A stretch of DNA of 64,000 nt from Candidatus Aenigmatarchaeota archaeon. Lineage in GTDB: Archaea; Aenigmatarchaeota; Aenigmatarchaeia; QMZP01. Below the pieces are notes generated by a model. That model saw only the letters and a list, made by a program, of their open reading frames with translations, did not search any database and was not told the DNA's origin. Where the stretch lies: NCBI GenBank assembly GCA_016185435.1, contig JACPNN010000005.1, positions 22,588 through 86,587 on the forward strand. Reading direction: 5' to 3'. Shown here in pieces: positions 10,553 to 19,406 of the stretch; position 1 is the first letter of the stretch, and every line of letters begins with the position of its first letter. Position numbers and translations under genes: made by a program.

Positions 10553-10578
10553 GGACCAGGGGGTTCTGGAGGGAATGA
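10549..10578 (+). repeat. 30-bp direct repeat copy 2
   Basis: Identical to 9711..9740; lies immediately after the HEPN stop. Confidence 0.85.
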
Positions 10579-10596
10579 CAAGCCGGTGCAAACAGC

Positions 10597-11007
10597 CTAA
10601 TGCGCTTCTCCAGGCAGCATCCTTTTGACTGTTTTTGCCCTGTCAAAATCAGAATCAAGCGAGACGACATATGTCGTCCCATTGGCCATGGCAGCCTGCA
10701 CAACCATGGCATCTTCAATGTCCAGCCTGAAGCTCTCAGAGTGCTCCAAGGCCTTTATCCTGTCCCAGAGGGAGAGCGAATAGATGACCAGCCCCTTGTA
10801 AAGCGAAAGGGATGAGAGGAACTTTTTCATGTCATGGATCTTCTTCCCCTCCCTCTCCATGACTATCAGGATGGAATCTATTTCAATGTCAGAAATTACA
10901 GCCCTGATGCTGCCTTCCATCACCCTTTCCAGAAACTCCTCACATTCCCTGTGCCTGTCCTGCTGGAGTTCGACTTCAAGAAAGACGCTTGCGTCTATAA
11001 GATACAT
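10597..11007 (-). CDS. vapC: PIN-domain ribonuclease (VapC-like toxin)
   Basis: N-terminal MYLIDASVFLE with acidic residues spaced as in the PIN fold; ~135 aa. Confidence 0.75.
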   Translation of the reverse strand: MYLIDASVFLEVELQQDRHRECEEFLERVMEGSIRAVISDIEIDSILIVMEREGKKIHDMKKFLSSLSLYKGLVIYSLSLWDRIKALEHSESFRLDIEDAMVVQAAMANGTTYVVSLDSDFDRAKTVKRMLPGEAH

Positions 11008-11293
11008 GTCTCCACCTGTCTGCCCTTATTGTATGTGCTTCATGCCTCAGGTCCTTTGCAGATTTTTTAACATGCCTCAGCATGCCCTTTATGGCTTCAA
11101 TGGGATTGGAAATGCCCATTCCTGCAGCCATTTTCCTTGCCTCTTCCATGCTGCCGCTCGAGTCTGCCCAGCTTTTCAAGGCTATTTCCGCAGCATGGCT
11201 TATCGAGCCTTTCTGGTAGCCAAACCTTTCCATTGAGGCCTTCCTGAAGCCCCTTTCGGCTTCGTCCGATATTATGACCTTCAATTGTCCCAT
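10976..11293 (-). CDS. vapB: ribbon-helix-helix type antitoxin (VapB-like)
   Basis: Small protein immediately upstream of and overlapping the PIN gene. GQLKVIISDEAERGFRKASMERFGYQKGSISHAAEIALKSW resembles RHH/CopG. Confidence 0.6.
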   Translation of the reverse strand: MGQLKVIISDEAERGFRKASMERFGYQKGSISHAAEIALKSWADSSGSMEEARKMAAGMGISNPIEAIKGMLRHVKKSAKDLRHEAHTIRADRWRHVSYRRKRLS

Positions 11294-11368
11294 AAGTACT
11301 TATAGACTTATAGACTTAAATACCTCTAAATGAAGATGAGCGTGTCCAATTATTTCCGCAACATCCAG

Positions 11369-11941
11369 CTATCCCCTGCTGATCCCCACCTTCAGCCTGC
11401 CGTTTTCTGTCCCGAGGTTCTCTATCTTAAGCCTATGGATTCCCTTCTGAAGGACCATGTCCCCTGCAATATCAATGGCCGGATAATGGAGTATCATTTT
11501 GAGGGCATAGCCTGCCCCAAGGCCGAATGCAAAGCTTGGCTCGATGTTGGCCAAAAACACTCCTCTCTCCATGTCGCGCATCCTGTTCTCAATGCTCCTC
11601 CAGTCGCCGCGCGAGAACACGAGCAAAGCGCTGCTGTTGGCGCGCTGCTTCAGCTTGATAGTATGCGACCCTGCAGCCTTGTCAATCCCTATGGATACAG
11701 GAGAGCCATAAAGGGAGACGAGACTCTTTAACAGGCTGCCGTCCTGGGATGAGATGTAAAAATGGGGCGGAGTAAGATAATTGTTCGATGAGACTTCATA
11801 GGCAGGCTTCTCGCCTATTCCCGGAATGTAAAGAGAGCTATTGCCATCATTGATTTTAAGCTGCACTTCAAATGCGCCGGCCAAAGCAAGAGGGATGGCC
11901 AAGGAAAAGAGCATCATGGGCATAAGATGCAGAGCCTTCAT
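11369..11941 (-). CDS. secreted hypothetical protein
   Basis: N-terminal signal peptide MKALHLMPMMLFSLAIPLALAGA. Confidence 0.5.
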   Translation of the reverse strand: MKALHLMPMMLFSLAIPLALAGAFEVQLKINDGNSSLYIPGIGEKPAYEVSSNNYLTPPHFYISSQDGSLLKSLVSLYGSPVSIGIDKAAGSHTIKLKQRANSSALLVFSRGDWRSIENRMRDMERGVFLANIEPSFAFGLGAGYALKMILHYPAIDIAGDMVLQKGIHRLKIENLGTENGRLKVGISRG

Positions 11942-12025
11942 AACTATTATTTAAGCCCCTCCCCTAAATAACATTCTGCCCTGCCGAATTGGCAAAGAAA
12001 AGGAGCAGAAGGGGCAAGAGAAAAT

Positions 12026-12742
12026 ATGGCAGAAACAGACGGAAGAGCAATAAAGGAAGGCGATTTTGCAGAGATAGATTTCATAGGAAGAGTGAAGGGC
12101 ACAGGGGAAATATTTGACCTGACAGTGGAGGATGCTGCCAAAAAGGAAAGCATATACAGAAGCGATGCCATTTACAAGCCCGCCTTTGTGATAATAGGCA
12201 CAGGCATGATGCTCGAATCACTGGAAAGGATACTAACCGGCATGAAGGAAGGAGAGGAGAAGACAATAGATATTGAGGCAAAGGATGCCTTTGGGCCCAG
12301 GGATGCCTCAAAAATCAGGATACTTCCTTACTCGGCCTTTGCAAAAAACGAGGTCATGCCTGCAGCAGGGATGTTCCTCGAGGTTGACGGAAAGAGATGC
12401 AAAGTGCAGTCAGCGGGTTCAGGCAGGGTAAGGGCTGATTTTAACCATCCCCTGGCAGGAAAGGATGTGAGCTACTGGGTGAAGGTGAGGAGAATAATCG
12501 ACAGGCCCGAGGACAAGGCTTCAGCTTATCTGCAATATCTGGGAATCGACTCCACTCCAGCCTTTTCCGATGGAAAGCTCTCGATTGCCACAAAAATCAG
12601 GCTGGATGATAAGCTCAAGGAGTTCTTTGACGGGCAGCTGAGGAAGCATATGCAGGAGGTCAAGGAAATTGCTTTTTCTGAGGAAAAACAGGAAGGAGAA
12701 CAGAAGTTTAAGGATGGGAAAACAGAAGGCAATCAACAGTAA
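12026..12742 (+). CDS. FKBP-type peptidyl-prolyl cis-trans isomerase (long archaeal type)
   Basis: GDFAEIDFIGRVKGTGEIFD...TIDIEAKDAFG has the FKBP fold signature with an insert-in-flap region. C-terminal acidic tail. Confidence 0.85.
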   Translation: MAETDGRAIKEGDFAEIDFIGRVKGTGEIFDLTVEDAAKKESIYRSDAIYKPAFVIIGTGMMLESLERILTGMKEGEEKTIDIEAKDAFGPRDASKIRILPYSAFAKNEVMPAAGMFLEVDGKRCKVQSAGSGRVRADFNHPLAGKDVSYWVKVRRIIDRPEDKASAYLQYLGIDSTPAFSDGKLSIATKIRLDDKLKEFFDGQLRKHMQEVKEIAFSEEKQEGEQKFKDGKTEGNQQ

Positions 12743-12747
12743 AGATT

Positions 12748-12763
12748 ATAAACATCTGTTTAT
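12748..12763. promoter_or_regulatory. palindromic operator site 1 (ATAAACA-TC-TGTTTAT), overlapping a TATA-like box and the start of the wHTH gene
   Basis: Perfect inverted repeat. Same motif family as the three sites upstream of ftsZ. Confidence 0.6.
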
Positions 12764-12776
12764 GATTATACAGTAT

Positions 12777-13037
12777 ATGAAAAAAGGGCCAGTCAAGAAG
12801 GAAATCATCAAAAAGATCCTGAAGCTTTTGAATGACAATCCCAAGGGAGTGTGGCTAAGGAAATTGGCCAGAGAAATAAAGGAACCTTTGCCTACAGTCA
12901 ACAAGTATGTCAAGAGGCCCGACTATGCAGGCCAATACATAATTGTCGAGAAATTCCCAAAGGAGCTTGGAGGCCATCTTATGCTCAAGCTCAATTACAG
13001 AAAGAGCGCTGAAGTGTACAGGATGCTGAGGGAATAG
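12777..13037 (+). CDS. small winged-helix-like DNA-binding protein (putative regulator)
   Basis: ORF-track ORF 12669..13037 trimmed to the internal ATG after the FKBP stop. Basic, ~86 aa, wHTH-like (LRKLAREIKEPLPTVNKYVKR). The start choice is uncertain; ATG at 12762 is also possible. Confidence 0.4.
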   Translation: MKKGPVKKEIIKKILKLLNDNPKGVWLRKLAREIKEPLPTVNKYVKRPDYAGQYIIVEKFPKELGGHLMLKLNYRKSAEVYRMLRE

Positions 13038-13153
13038 CCATTCCCTTTGAAATTTGCTTTGCCTAAATGTTCAGGAGAATATTTTTGAAGTCAAAATATA
13101 TTTTTTTAGTTAAAATCAGATTTGATAACAGAACCAAAATTGGCCAAATAACT

Positions 13154-13169
13154 ATAAACACATGTTTAC
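13154..13169. promoter_or_regulatory. palindromic operator site 2 (ATAAACA-CA-TGTTTAC)
   Basis: Inverted repeat of the TAAACA / TGTTTA half-sites. Confidence 0.6.
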
Positions 13170-13216
13170 TATAGATAAAAATTGTTATTGGAAAAGACCA
13201 GGATTTTTGAATTACT

Positions 13217-13232
13217 ATAAACATCTGTTTAC
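13217..13232. promoter_or_regulatory. palindromic operator site 3 (ATAAACA-TC-TGTTTAC)
   Basis: Inverted repeat, same family. Confidence 0.6.
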
Positions 13233-13270
13233 TGTTCAGGCCTTCAGAAACCGCTACCCATCCCAATATA

Positions 13271-13286
13271 GTAAACACCTGTTTAC
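13271..13286. promoter_or_regulatory. palindromic operator site 4 (GTAAACA-CC-TGTTTAC), ~25 bp upstream of the ftsZ TATA box
   Basis: Perfect 7-2-7 inverted repeat. Confidence 0.6.
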
Positions 13287-13310
13287 AGTCTATGATAGCT
13301 TTAAAAACCC

Positions 13311-13320
13311 TTTATTATAA
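13311..13320 (+). promoter_or_regulatory. TATA-like box of ftsZ promoter (tttattataa)
   Basis: A/T box ~20-27 bp upstream of the ftsZ ATG, consistent with an archaeal leaderless promoter. Confidence 0.45.
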
Positions 13321-13337
13321 GTATTATTTGATCTTCA

Positions 13338-14429
13338 ATGGCAGAGATGCTACTTCAGGGAAGGAAAGTCGACAAGGAAACAGAAGAGGATGAGGAACTG
13401 AGAAAAATTCTTGAGGCAAGGAAGGCCGAAATCAAGGTTGTAGGGGTCGGAGGGGCAGGAAACAACACTGTTTCCAGGCTTATGGCAGTCGGCATTGTAG
13501 GGGCTGAAACAGTTGCGGTCAATACTGACGCCCAAGATTTGCTTTATACGGATTCAGACCATAAGGTTCTTCTTGGGAAGGAGATTACCCAGGGTTTAGG
13601 GGCAGGAGCGAACCCAAAGGTTGGGATGGAAGCTGCAAAGGAGAGCAAGAAGGATATCAAGAAATACCTTGAAGGAGCAGACCTTGTATTTGTTACTTGC
13701 GGCTTGGGAGGCGGAACAGGGACAGGCGCAAGCCCGATAATTGCCGATGTGGCCAAGAAACTTGGCGCATTAACTGTAGGCGTGGTCACGCTTCCCTTTG
13801 CAATGGAAGGCAAGCAGAGGCAGAGGAATGCGTTCGAGGGCCTTGAAAATCTCGAGAGCGTAGTTGACACCTTAATTGTTATCCCCAACGACAAACTGCT
13901 GGAAATCGTCCCTGATGCAAGCATCACGACTGCCTTCAAAGTGGCAGACGAGGTGCTGGTCAATGCTGTCAAAGGCATAGCGGAACTGATAACAAAGCCC
14001 GGTCTTGTCAACCTCGACTTTGCCGACATAAGGGCTGTCATGGGCTCAGGCGGCCTGGCCATGATAGGCATGGGAGAAAGCGACACTGAAAACCGCGCTT
14101 TGGAATCAGTCGAGAAGAGCCTGCATAACCCCCTTCTTGACGTCGATATAGAAGGCGCCACAGGGGCGCTGATAAATGTGTCCGGCGGAGAGGACATTTC
14201 AATAAGGGAGTGCCAGGAGATTGTCGAAACAGTTGCAAACAAGATAAATTCCGATGCAAAGATAATCTGGGGGGCACAGATAATCAAGGAGCTTGGCGAC
14301 ACAGTAAGAAGCCTTCTGATAATAACAGGCGTCAAGAGCAACCAGATCTACGGCCCGGCCAAGACCTTCACGGGAGAGAGGAAGAAGGAAGTGGAGAATG
14401 TGCTTGGCGTGGAATTTATTGAGTCGTAG
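13338..14429 (+). CDS. ftsZ: cell division GTPase FtsZ
   Basis: Tubulin/FtsZ signature GGGTGTG, N-terminal GVGGAGNN, T7 loop NxDFAD. Confidence 0.95.
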   Translation: MAEMLLQGRKVDKETEEDEELRKILEARKAEIKVVGVGGAGNNTVSRLMAVGIVGAETVAVNTDAQDLLYTDSDHKVLLGKEITQGLGAGANPKVGMEAAKESKKDIKKYLEGADLVFVTCGLGGGTGTGASPIIADVAKKLGALTVGVVTLPFAMEGKQRQRNAFEGLENLESVVDTLIVIPNDKLLEIVPDASITTAFKVADEVLVNAVKGIAELITKPGLVNLDFADIRAVMGSGGLAMIGMGESDTENRALESVEKSLHNPLLDVDIEGATGALINVSGGEDISIRECQEIVETVANKINSDAKIIWGAQIIKELGDTVRSLLIITGVKSNQIYGPAKTFTGERKKEVENVLGVEFIES

Positions 14430-14492
14430 ATAATGATTATTCCCTTTCCCTGCCTGTTTCATTTTGAAAACAGGATCCATATTCTCAAAGTA

Positions 14493-15551
14493 TTATATAG
14501 GGAAATCATTCTGATAATCAGTTGTACCCTGAATCATCTCAGCCCGCCTATCTATAGTGTTTTCAATCTCAGGGCCAGTGGAAATCAGCTCGATGCCGCT
14601 GAAAATTTCTTTCATTCTCATTCTGTCCACATATTGTTCGATATTCTCCAGAAACAGTTTCGCTTCATCTGTCAGCTTTTCATATTCTGTCACGCCTTCA
14701 TTGCCAGCAAACAGCCTGTCAACGCATGTCATTGCCGTCTGAGTGGCCGAGTTCGCCTGGACAGCTTCAGCCGCAAGCCTTTTATCGAAAGGGCCCAGCC
14801 TTCTCGGCCTGCCGCTCACAGTCCCTCTCTCGCTGAGCCCCATCTTCTTTAGCCTCTCTTCCTTCCATTCCTTCCCCATGGGCCCGGGCCCGACCCTCGA
14901 TGTGTACGCCTTGAAGACGACAGTCACTTCACCAACATCCAGAGGCCCTATACCCACATCAGCGGCGAACTGGCTGGCTGTAGTGTCCTGCGAAGTCACA
15001 TGTGGATATCTTTTGTTGAAAAGAGAAAGGCCATAGCCATGCACGCCCTCCACAAGCACGCTCTTTCCGCCCCTGATGGCGCCAAGGACAGTTTTCTGCA
15101 CGTCTGCAAGGAAAGGCCTCAGCTCATGCACATCCTGCGCAAGCTTCGCCCTCCTCAGCACCCTGTCAGCCCTTGCATAGCCTGTTCCTGCTCCCACAGA
15201 CCCTATCCTTTCCACAAGCTCCTTTTCCGCCTCAATATGGCGCTGCTCGATAACAGTGCATCTGTAATCGATTTGCAGCCTCCTGCCAACATCATATTCC
15301 TCCATTTCCTTCAGGAGAATTTTAGGATTGATGAGAGTCCCCCTTGAAACCAGCAGCCTTGATCTTCTGTTAACAACTCCGCATGGCACCTGCCTCACGC
15401 TTTTGCCTGGGAAGATTGTATGGCCCGCCTGTGGCCCTCCGCCGGCCCTCACAACATAATCGAAATCATCTGCCATGGAAAGATAGGCGCATATCTTTCC
15501 TTTCCCCTCATCCCCATAGAAGCCGCCGACAACTATGTGCAGCATACGCAT
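14493..15551 (-). CDS. purA: adenylosuccinate synthetase (short archaeal type)
   Basis: P-loop GDEGKGK (in FYGDEGKGKICAY) and the GGPQAGHT-like motif. Start trimmed to the internal Met (MRMLHIVVGG) to avoid overlapping the upstream HD gene; the ORF track extends to 15659. Confidence 0.8.
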   Translation of the reverse strand: MRMLHIVVGGFYGDEGKGKICAYLSMADDFDYVVRAGGGPQAGHTIFPGKSVRQVPCGVVNRRSRLLVSRGTLINPKILLKEMEEYDVGRRLQIDYRCTVIEQRHIEAEKELVERIGSVGAGTGYARADRVLRRAKLAQDVHELRPFLADVQKTVLGAIRGGKSVLVEGVHGYGLSLFNKRYPHVTSQDTTASQFAADVGIGPLDVGEVTVVFKAYTSRVGPGPMGKEWKEERLKKMGLSERGTVSGRPRRLGPFDKRLAAEAVQANSATQTAMTCVDRLFAGNEGVTEYEKLTDEAKLFLENIEQYVDRMRMKEIFSGIELISTGPEIENTIDRRAEMIQGTTDYQNDFPI

Positions 15552-15570
15552 GTTTTTGGAGCGAAGATTT

Positions 15571-16239
15571 TTATTGCTGCTGCAAGTACCTTCGGCCTTC
15601 CCATTCTTCAAAAAATTCCTCCAGAAAATTCTCCATGAACCTGTGCCTCTCTTCTGCAATCTCCTTTCCTGTTTCCGTGTTCATCAGATCTTTCAGCAGC
15701 AACAGCTTCTCATAGAAATGGTTTATTGTTGTTGATTCTGCATTTTTATATTCCTCAAAGGTTTTGTGTTTTCCAGGCAATATATTAGGATTGTATATCT
15801 CTTTTCCCTTAAATCCACCATATGCAAAAGCCCTTGCTATCCCTATCGCACCAATCGCATCCAGCCTGTCAGCGTCCTGGACAATCATCCCTTCCTTTGT
15901 CCTCATTCTTGCCTTTACTCCAGCCCCCCTGAATGAGACGTTCCCTATGATTTCGCATACATGGGAAGTGACATGCTCTTCGACACATAATTTTTCCAAT
16001 AATTTTCTTACATCTTTTTCTACTATGGAAACATCACCATCATTAAATTTCCAGTCGGCAATATCATGCAAAAGAGCAGCAAGCTGCACGACAAAGAGAT
16101 CCGCTCCCTCCTTTTTGGCGATACGGACAGCGGTTTTCCACACTCTCCAGGCATGCCACCAGTCGTGGCCTGATGCCTCGTCTTCCATTCTTTTTCTCGC
16201 GTATTCGGCTGTCCGTCTCACGATAAGTTCCTGGTTCAT
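15571..16239 (-). CDS. HD-domain phosphohydrolase
   Basis: H...HD motif (ALLHDIADWKF) and metal-binding His residues (WWHAWRVW). Confidence 0.75.
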   Translation of the reverse strand: MNQELIVRRTAEYARKRMEDEASGHDWWHAWRVWKTAVRIAKKEGADLFVVQLAALLHDIADWKFNDGDVSIVEKDVRKLLEKLCVEEHVTSHVCEIIGNVSFRGAGVKARMRTKEGMIVQDADRLDAIGAIGIARAFAYGGFKGKEIYNPNILPGKHKTFEEYKNAESTTINHFYEKLLLLKDLMNTETGKEIAEERHRFMENFLEEFFEEWEGRRYLQQQ

Positions 16240-17495
16240 ATTTCCGATATTTCCCCCCTCTCTTTAAACTTATGTAACACAAAAATCGGCAGGGGGTACA
16301 CAGAGGCCTTAGGATTATAATCCTTCTTGCTCAATATTATGGTGTCCTTTCTTGGACTTACCCTTTCTGACCATTTGACTTCCATCTTTTTCCCGTCAGC
16401 CCAGAAGTCCGTCTCCCCGTCAGAAGCTATTATGAACACATCTCTGCTCACTGCTTTTAAGGAATTGAAAGCGATCATTTCGGCCATTTTGGTTTCCCCC
16501 GCAACAGTTTTGCCCAGAATTTTTTTCTCGAACGTCCTGGCAATGAATGGATCAGTAAAATATATCTTCTTTTCTTTCCTGAACACAGGAAGCTTTTTCT
16601 GTAGGTCCAACTGGTAGCAAAAGTCGGCATACATCAGATTTTTCATCTCCTCCACATACTCTCTAACTATTCTGTGCGAAACACCTATATAATTTCCTAT
16701 CGAATGAAATGCAACCCTTGTCGTCAGAGTTTCCAGAATCCTTGAAATCAGTGCCTTTGATATCTCTTCGCTCCTCCCCAGTTTAAGCATATCGCCCCTG
16801 AACCATGAATAGATTTCATCATAATTTTCCTGCTTAATTGAACCGTCTTCCATCAGCTGCAAAGCAGGCTTGGGAAAGCCCCCGCATTCCATGTATTTCA
16901 GAAAGAGGTTAAATATTTCAGGGAAATGAGGCATAAGGTCTTCCATGTCTTTGAACCTTTCTAGCGTTTCCTTGAGACTGATGCTGCCGAAAATTCCTGA
17001 AAATCTCAGGAAATCCAGAGGCATGAACGGCAAAAAAGTTATCTTCCTGCCGGGAAAGGTCTCTTTTCTCAAGAAGGCAGTTGAAGAGCCTGTAATATAA
17101 AGCACTCTGTTTTTCAAAATGCCCTGGTCAATGGCGAACTTTACGGCCCTCTCCCATCCTTCGACAAAGGTTATCTCGTCCAAAAAGACATATTTCGAGT
17201 TGATAAGCCTCAGCAGCTCTATTATATCAGAATGTTCATTGAGAATTTCGCATGATACATATAGCACCTCATCAGGATTAATTTTTTTGTTAATAAGGAG
17301 ATCGTATATAAGCAGCTTGAAATAAGTCGTTTTCCCAACCCTTCTCGGGCCTATCAAAATCAGGTTCCTCTTTTCATGGAACGAATACAGGATTTTGTGT
17401 TTTCTGGAAAAAACCTCCCTCACATGATCATCATTTTTTATCTCTTCCCTGTTTCGCCTCCACGGGTTCTTCTCCAGTATTATCGATATGTCCAT
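16236..17495 (-). CDS. AAA-family ATPase (ATPase + DUF4143-like C-terminal domain)
   Basis: Walker A GPRRVGKTT and Walker B-like ILFLDEITF... region. Start placed at MDISIIL so the operator/TATA region lies upstream; the ORF track extends to 17582. Confidence 0.65.
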   Translation of the reverse strand: MDISIILEKNPWRRNREEIKNDDHVREVFSRKHKILYSFHEKRNLILIGPRRVGKTTYFKLLIYDLLINKKINPDEVLYVSCEILNEHSDIIELLRLINSKYVFLDEITFVEGWERAVKFAIDQGILKNRVLYITGSSTAFLRKETFPGRKITFLPFMPLDFLRFSGIFGSISLKETLERFKDMEDLMPHFPEIFNLFLKYMECGGFPKPALQLMEDGSIKQENYDEIYSWFRGDMLKLGRSEEISKALISRILETLTTRVAFHSIGNYIGVSHRIVREYVEEMKNLMYADFCYQLDLQKKLPVFRKEKKIYFTDPFIARTFEKKILGKTVAGETKMAEMIAFNSLKAVSRDVFIIASDGETDFWADGKKMEVKWSERVSPRKDTIILSKKDYNPKASVYPLPIFVLHKFKERGEISEI

Positions 17496-17496
17496 A

Positions 17497-17515
17497 TTGA
17501 TACTAACAGTATCAA
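17497..17515. promoter_or_regulatory. 19-bp palindrome TTGATACTAACAGTATCAA (operator copy 1), abutting the ATPase start codon
   Basis: Perfect 8-3-8 inverted repeat. Part of a 23-bp direct repeat catattgatactaacagtatcaa (17493..17515 and 17527..17549). Confidence 0.6.
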
Positions 17516-17530
17516 GTGTATTTAAGCATA

Positions 17531-17549
17531 TTGATACTAACAGTATCAA
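17531..17549. promoter_or_regulatory. 19-bp palindrome TTGATACTAACAGTATCAA (operator copy 2); a TATA-like box (rc cttaaatac) lies between the two copies
   Basis: Identical to copy 1; flanks the putative TATA box at ~17517..17526. Confidence 0.6.
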
Positions 17550-17590
17550 TGGGTCGAATGAGAAAGCAGCTCCTCTATTCATCCCCTTTA

Positions 17591-18730
17591 CTAATCAATA
17601 TATTCAGCCCTCACGCCTTCAAAATCAATATCAGTCTCAACCACATATATCCCGCTCCTTTCCCAATTTTCTATTATATCGATTTCAGCATCCTCATCAA
17701 AACAGAAGGCTATCCCGCAATCGCCTCCTCCTGCCCCCGAGAGCTTGCCTGCCTGGCCATGGGCTTCTGCCATTTCAGCCAGTTGTTTCAGGCCTTCTGT
17801 CTCTATGTTCAGCCTGCTTTTTTCCCCTAGCTCCTTCAATAGCTGCCTGTTCTTTTTTATCAGCTCCAGAATCTTTTTCTTGTCCTTATTTTTCCAGGAA
17901 GAAACAATCTCCCTTACAGTATCCGCTATATTGCCATATATTCTATCATATTCCTCTCTGTCAGAATTCCTGAAGGAATCCATCTGCCTTATCATCTCGG
18001 CAGTGTCGGCAGATTCCTTTGTCCAGCCTATCAGCAGATGCATGCCTTCTATTCTTGCAAGCGGCTCAATTGAAAAGGAAGGCCATATGCTATTGACAAT
18101 CGGCCTCATTCCTTCATTCAGCCTGATCCTTTCCAGCAACCAGTCAGGATCAAACCTCTGGTAAACAAATATCCCGCCATATGTGCTGGCTGCCACATCA
18201 AAGCCTGAGCCGACTTTTCCTTGCGCAAGATAATGCGCTATCGCTGACAATTTGCATATAACATCTTTGGCCTCTTTTGATCTTATTTCCATTCCATTGA
18301 ACCTTAATACAGCGGCCATACAGGCTACAACAGCGGCCGCACTCGACCCGAAACCTATCTTTTTCCTCACCCCGTCAATCTCAGCTTCCATGTCCTTTCC
18401 ATAGCTTTTTATTCTAAACGGCCTCCATGGGCCAAGGTATTGCAAAGCGGCCTCTATGGCGGCCTTTATGAAGGCCAGCTTCTTTTTCTGCTCATCCGGA
18501 ACCTCTGATTTGTATATGATGCTTTTCCCGTCAAATGCGGCCTCTATCCCTTCTATTCCGAAGTCAGGCAGATCAATAAGTATATTCCCCTGCCTCTCCT
18601 CAACCTCAGCAAACACTCTCCTGTCAACAGCGGCCACTATCCCCGGATTTCCCGTTTCAAGGACTGCCCATTCCCCTGCAAGGAAAAGCTTTCCGGGGGC
18701 TGAAATCTTAATCATTTGCACCTCATTCAT
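17591..18730 (-). CDS. GHMP kinase, likely phosphomevalonate kinase (ERG8/bacterial PMK type)
   Basis: N-terminus ISAPGKLFLAGEWAVLETGNPG matches the PMK pattern (GKLyxAGEYAVxEPG). GHMP ATP-binding motif GFGSSAA. Clustered with MVK and MDD. Confidence 0.65.
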   Translation of the reverse strand: MNEVQMIKISAPGKLFLAGEWAVLETGNPGIVAAVDRRVFAEVEERQGNILIDLPDFGIEGIEAAFDGKSIIYKSEVPDEQKKKLAFIKAAIEAALQYLGPWRPFRIKSYGKDMEAEIDGVRKKIGFGSSAAAVVACMAAVLRFNGMEIRSKEAKDVICKLSAIAHYLAQGKVGSGFDVAASTYGGIFVYQRFDPDWLLERIRLNEGMRPIVNSIWPSFSIEPLARIEGMHLLIGWTKESADTAEMIRQMDSFRNSDREEYDRIYGNIADTVREIVSSWKNKDKKKILELIKKNRQLLKELGEKSRLNIETEGLKQLAEMAEAHGQAGKLSGAGGGDCGIAFCFDEDAEIDIIENWERSGIYVVETDIDFEGVRAEYID

Positions 18731-18808
18731 CTTGAATCGGATTCATATAAAAGCAACCGGCTGCCCTTCGGAACCTCCAGAAATGCCACGCATAAGTTCA
18801 GCATAAAA

Positions 18809-19309
18809 TCATTCATCCTCTCCAATATAAACTCTGAAGGCCTTCCTGAATCCTGCCGAAAACATTTCAGGCTCGGCCGCCATTTTCTCCTTTATGTAAC
18901 CCATACTAAAGAACCTTGCCTCATCGATTTCCTCCTTATTTATTGAAAATGGGCCGTCATGCTTCCCTTTGAACAAGACATCTATTTCACTTTCCTTTTC
19001 CAGGAAACATCTGTATTTGGTTACAGGCTTCAATTCAGCCTTGATCCCCAGCTCCTCAAAAAGTTCCCTTTCTGCCGCCTCTTCATATGCTTCTCCGGAA
19101 TCCAGATGGCCGCTTGAAGAGCTCGCCCAGAGGCCTGGGTATAAGTCCTTCTTCATGCTCCTTTTCTGGAGCAGGAGCTGGCCTTTCGAATTGAAGATGA
19201 AGATGTCAACACCTCTGTGAATAAGATTCTTGTTTGTGTGGCACTCCTGGCGTGTGGCTTGGCCTATCACACTGTCGTTTGAGTCGACTATGTCGAAAAG
19301 TTCTGGCAT
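18809..19309 (-). CDS. Nudix-fold isopentenyl-diphosphate isomerase (type 1 IDI-like) or Nudix hydrolase
   Basis: Nudix box GHLDSGEAYEEAAERELFEELGI. Sits between PMK and MDD in the mevalonate cluster. Confidence 0.55.
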   Translation of the reverse strand: MPELFDIVDSNDSVIGQATRQECHTNKNLIHRGVDIFIFNSKGQLLLQKRSMKKDLYPGLWASSSSGHLDSGEAYEEAAERELFEELGIKAELKPVTKYRCFLEKESEIDVLFKGKHDGPFSINKEEIDEARFFSMGYIKEKMAAEPEMFSAGFRKAFRVYIGEDE

Positions 19310-19406
19310 AAATCAATATGTAAGCACGCGATATAAGATTCAGTCTGCCTACAGTCGATATATTTACAATATAAAGTATTTAAATATATGATAATATAAA
19401 TACACT

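Noticed and set aside
13063-13278. Minus-strand 71-aa ORF overlapping the operator array upstream of ftsZ.
   Set aside because: A/T-rich, low-complexity translation coincident with regulatory palindromes. More plausibly non-coding promoter DNA.
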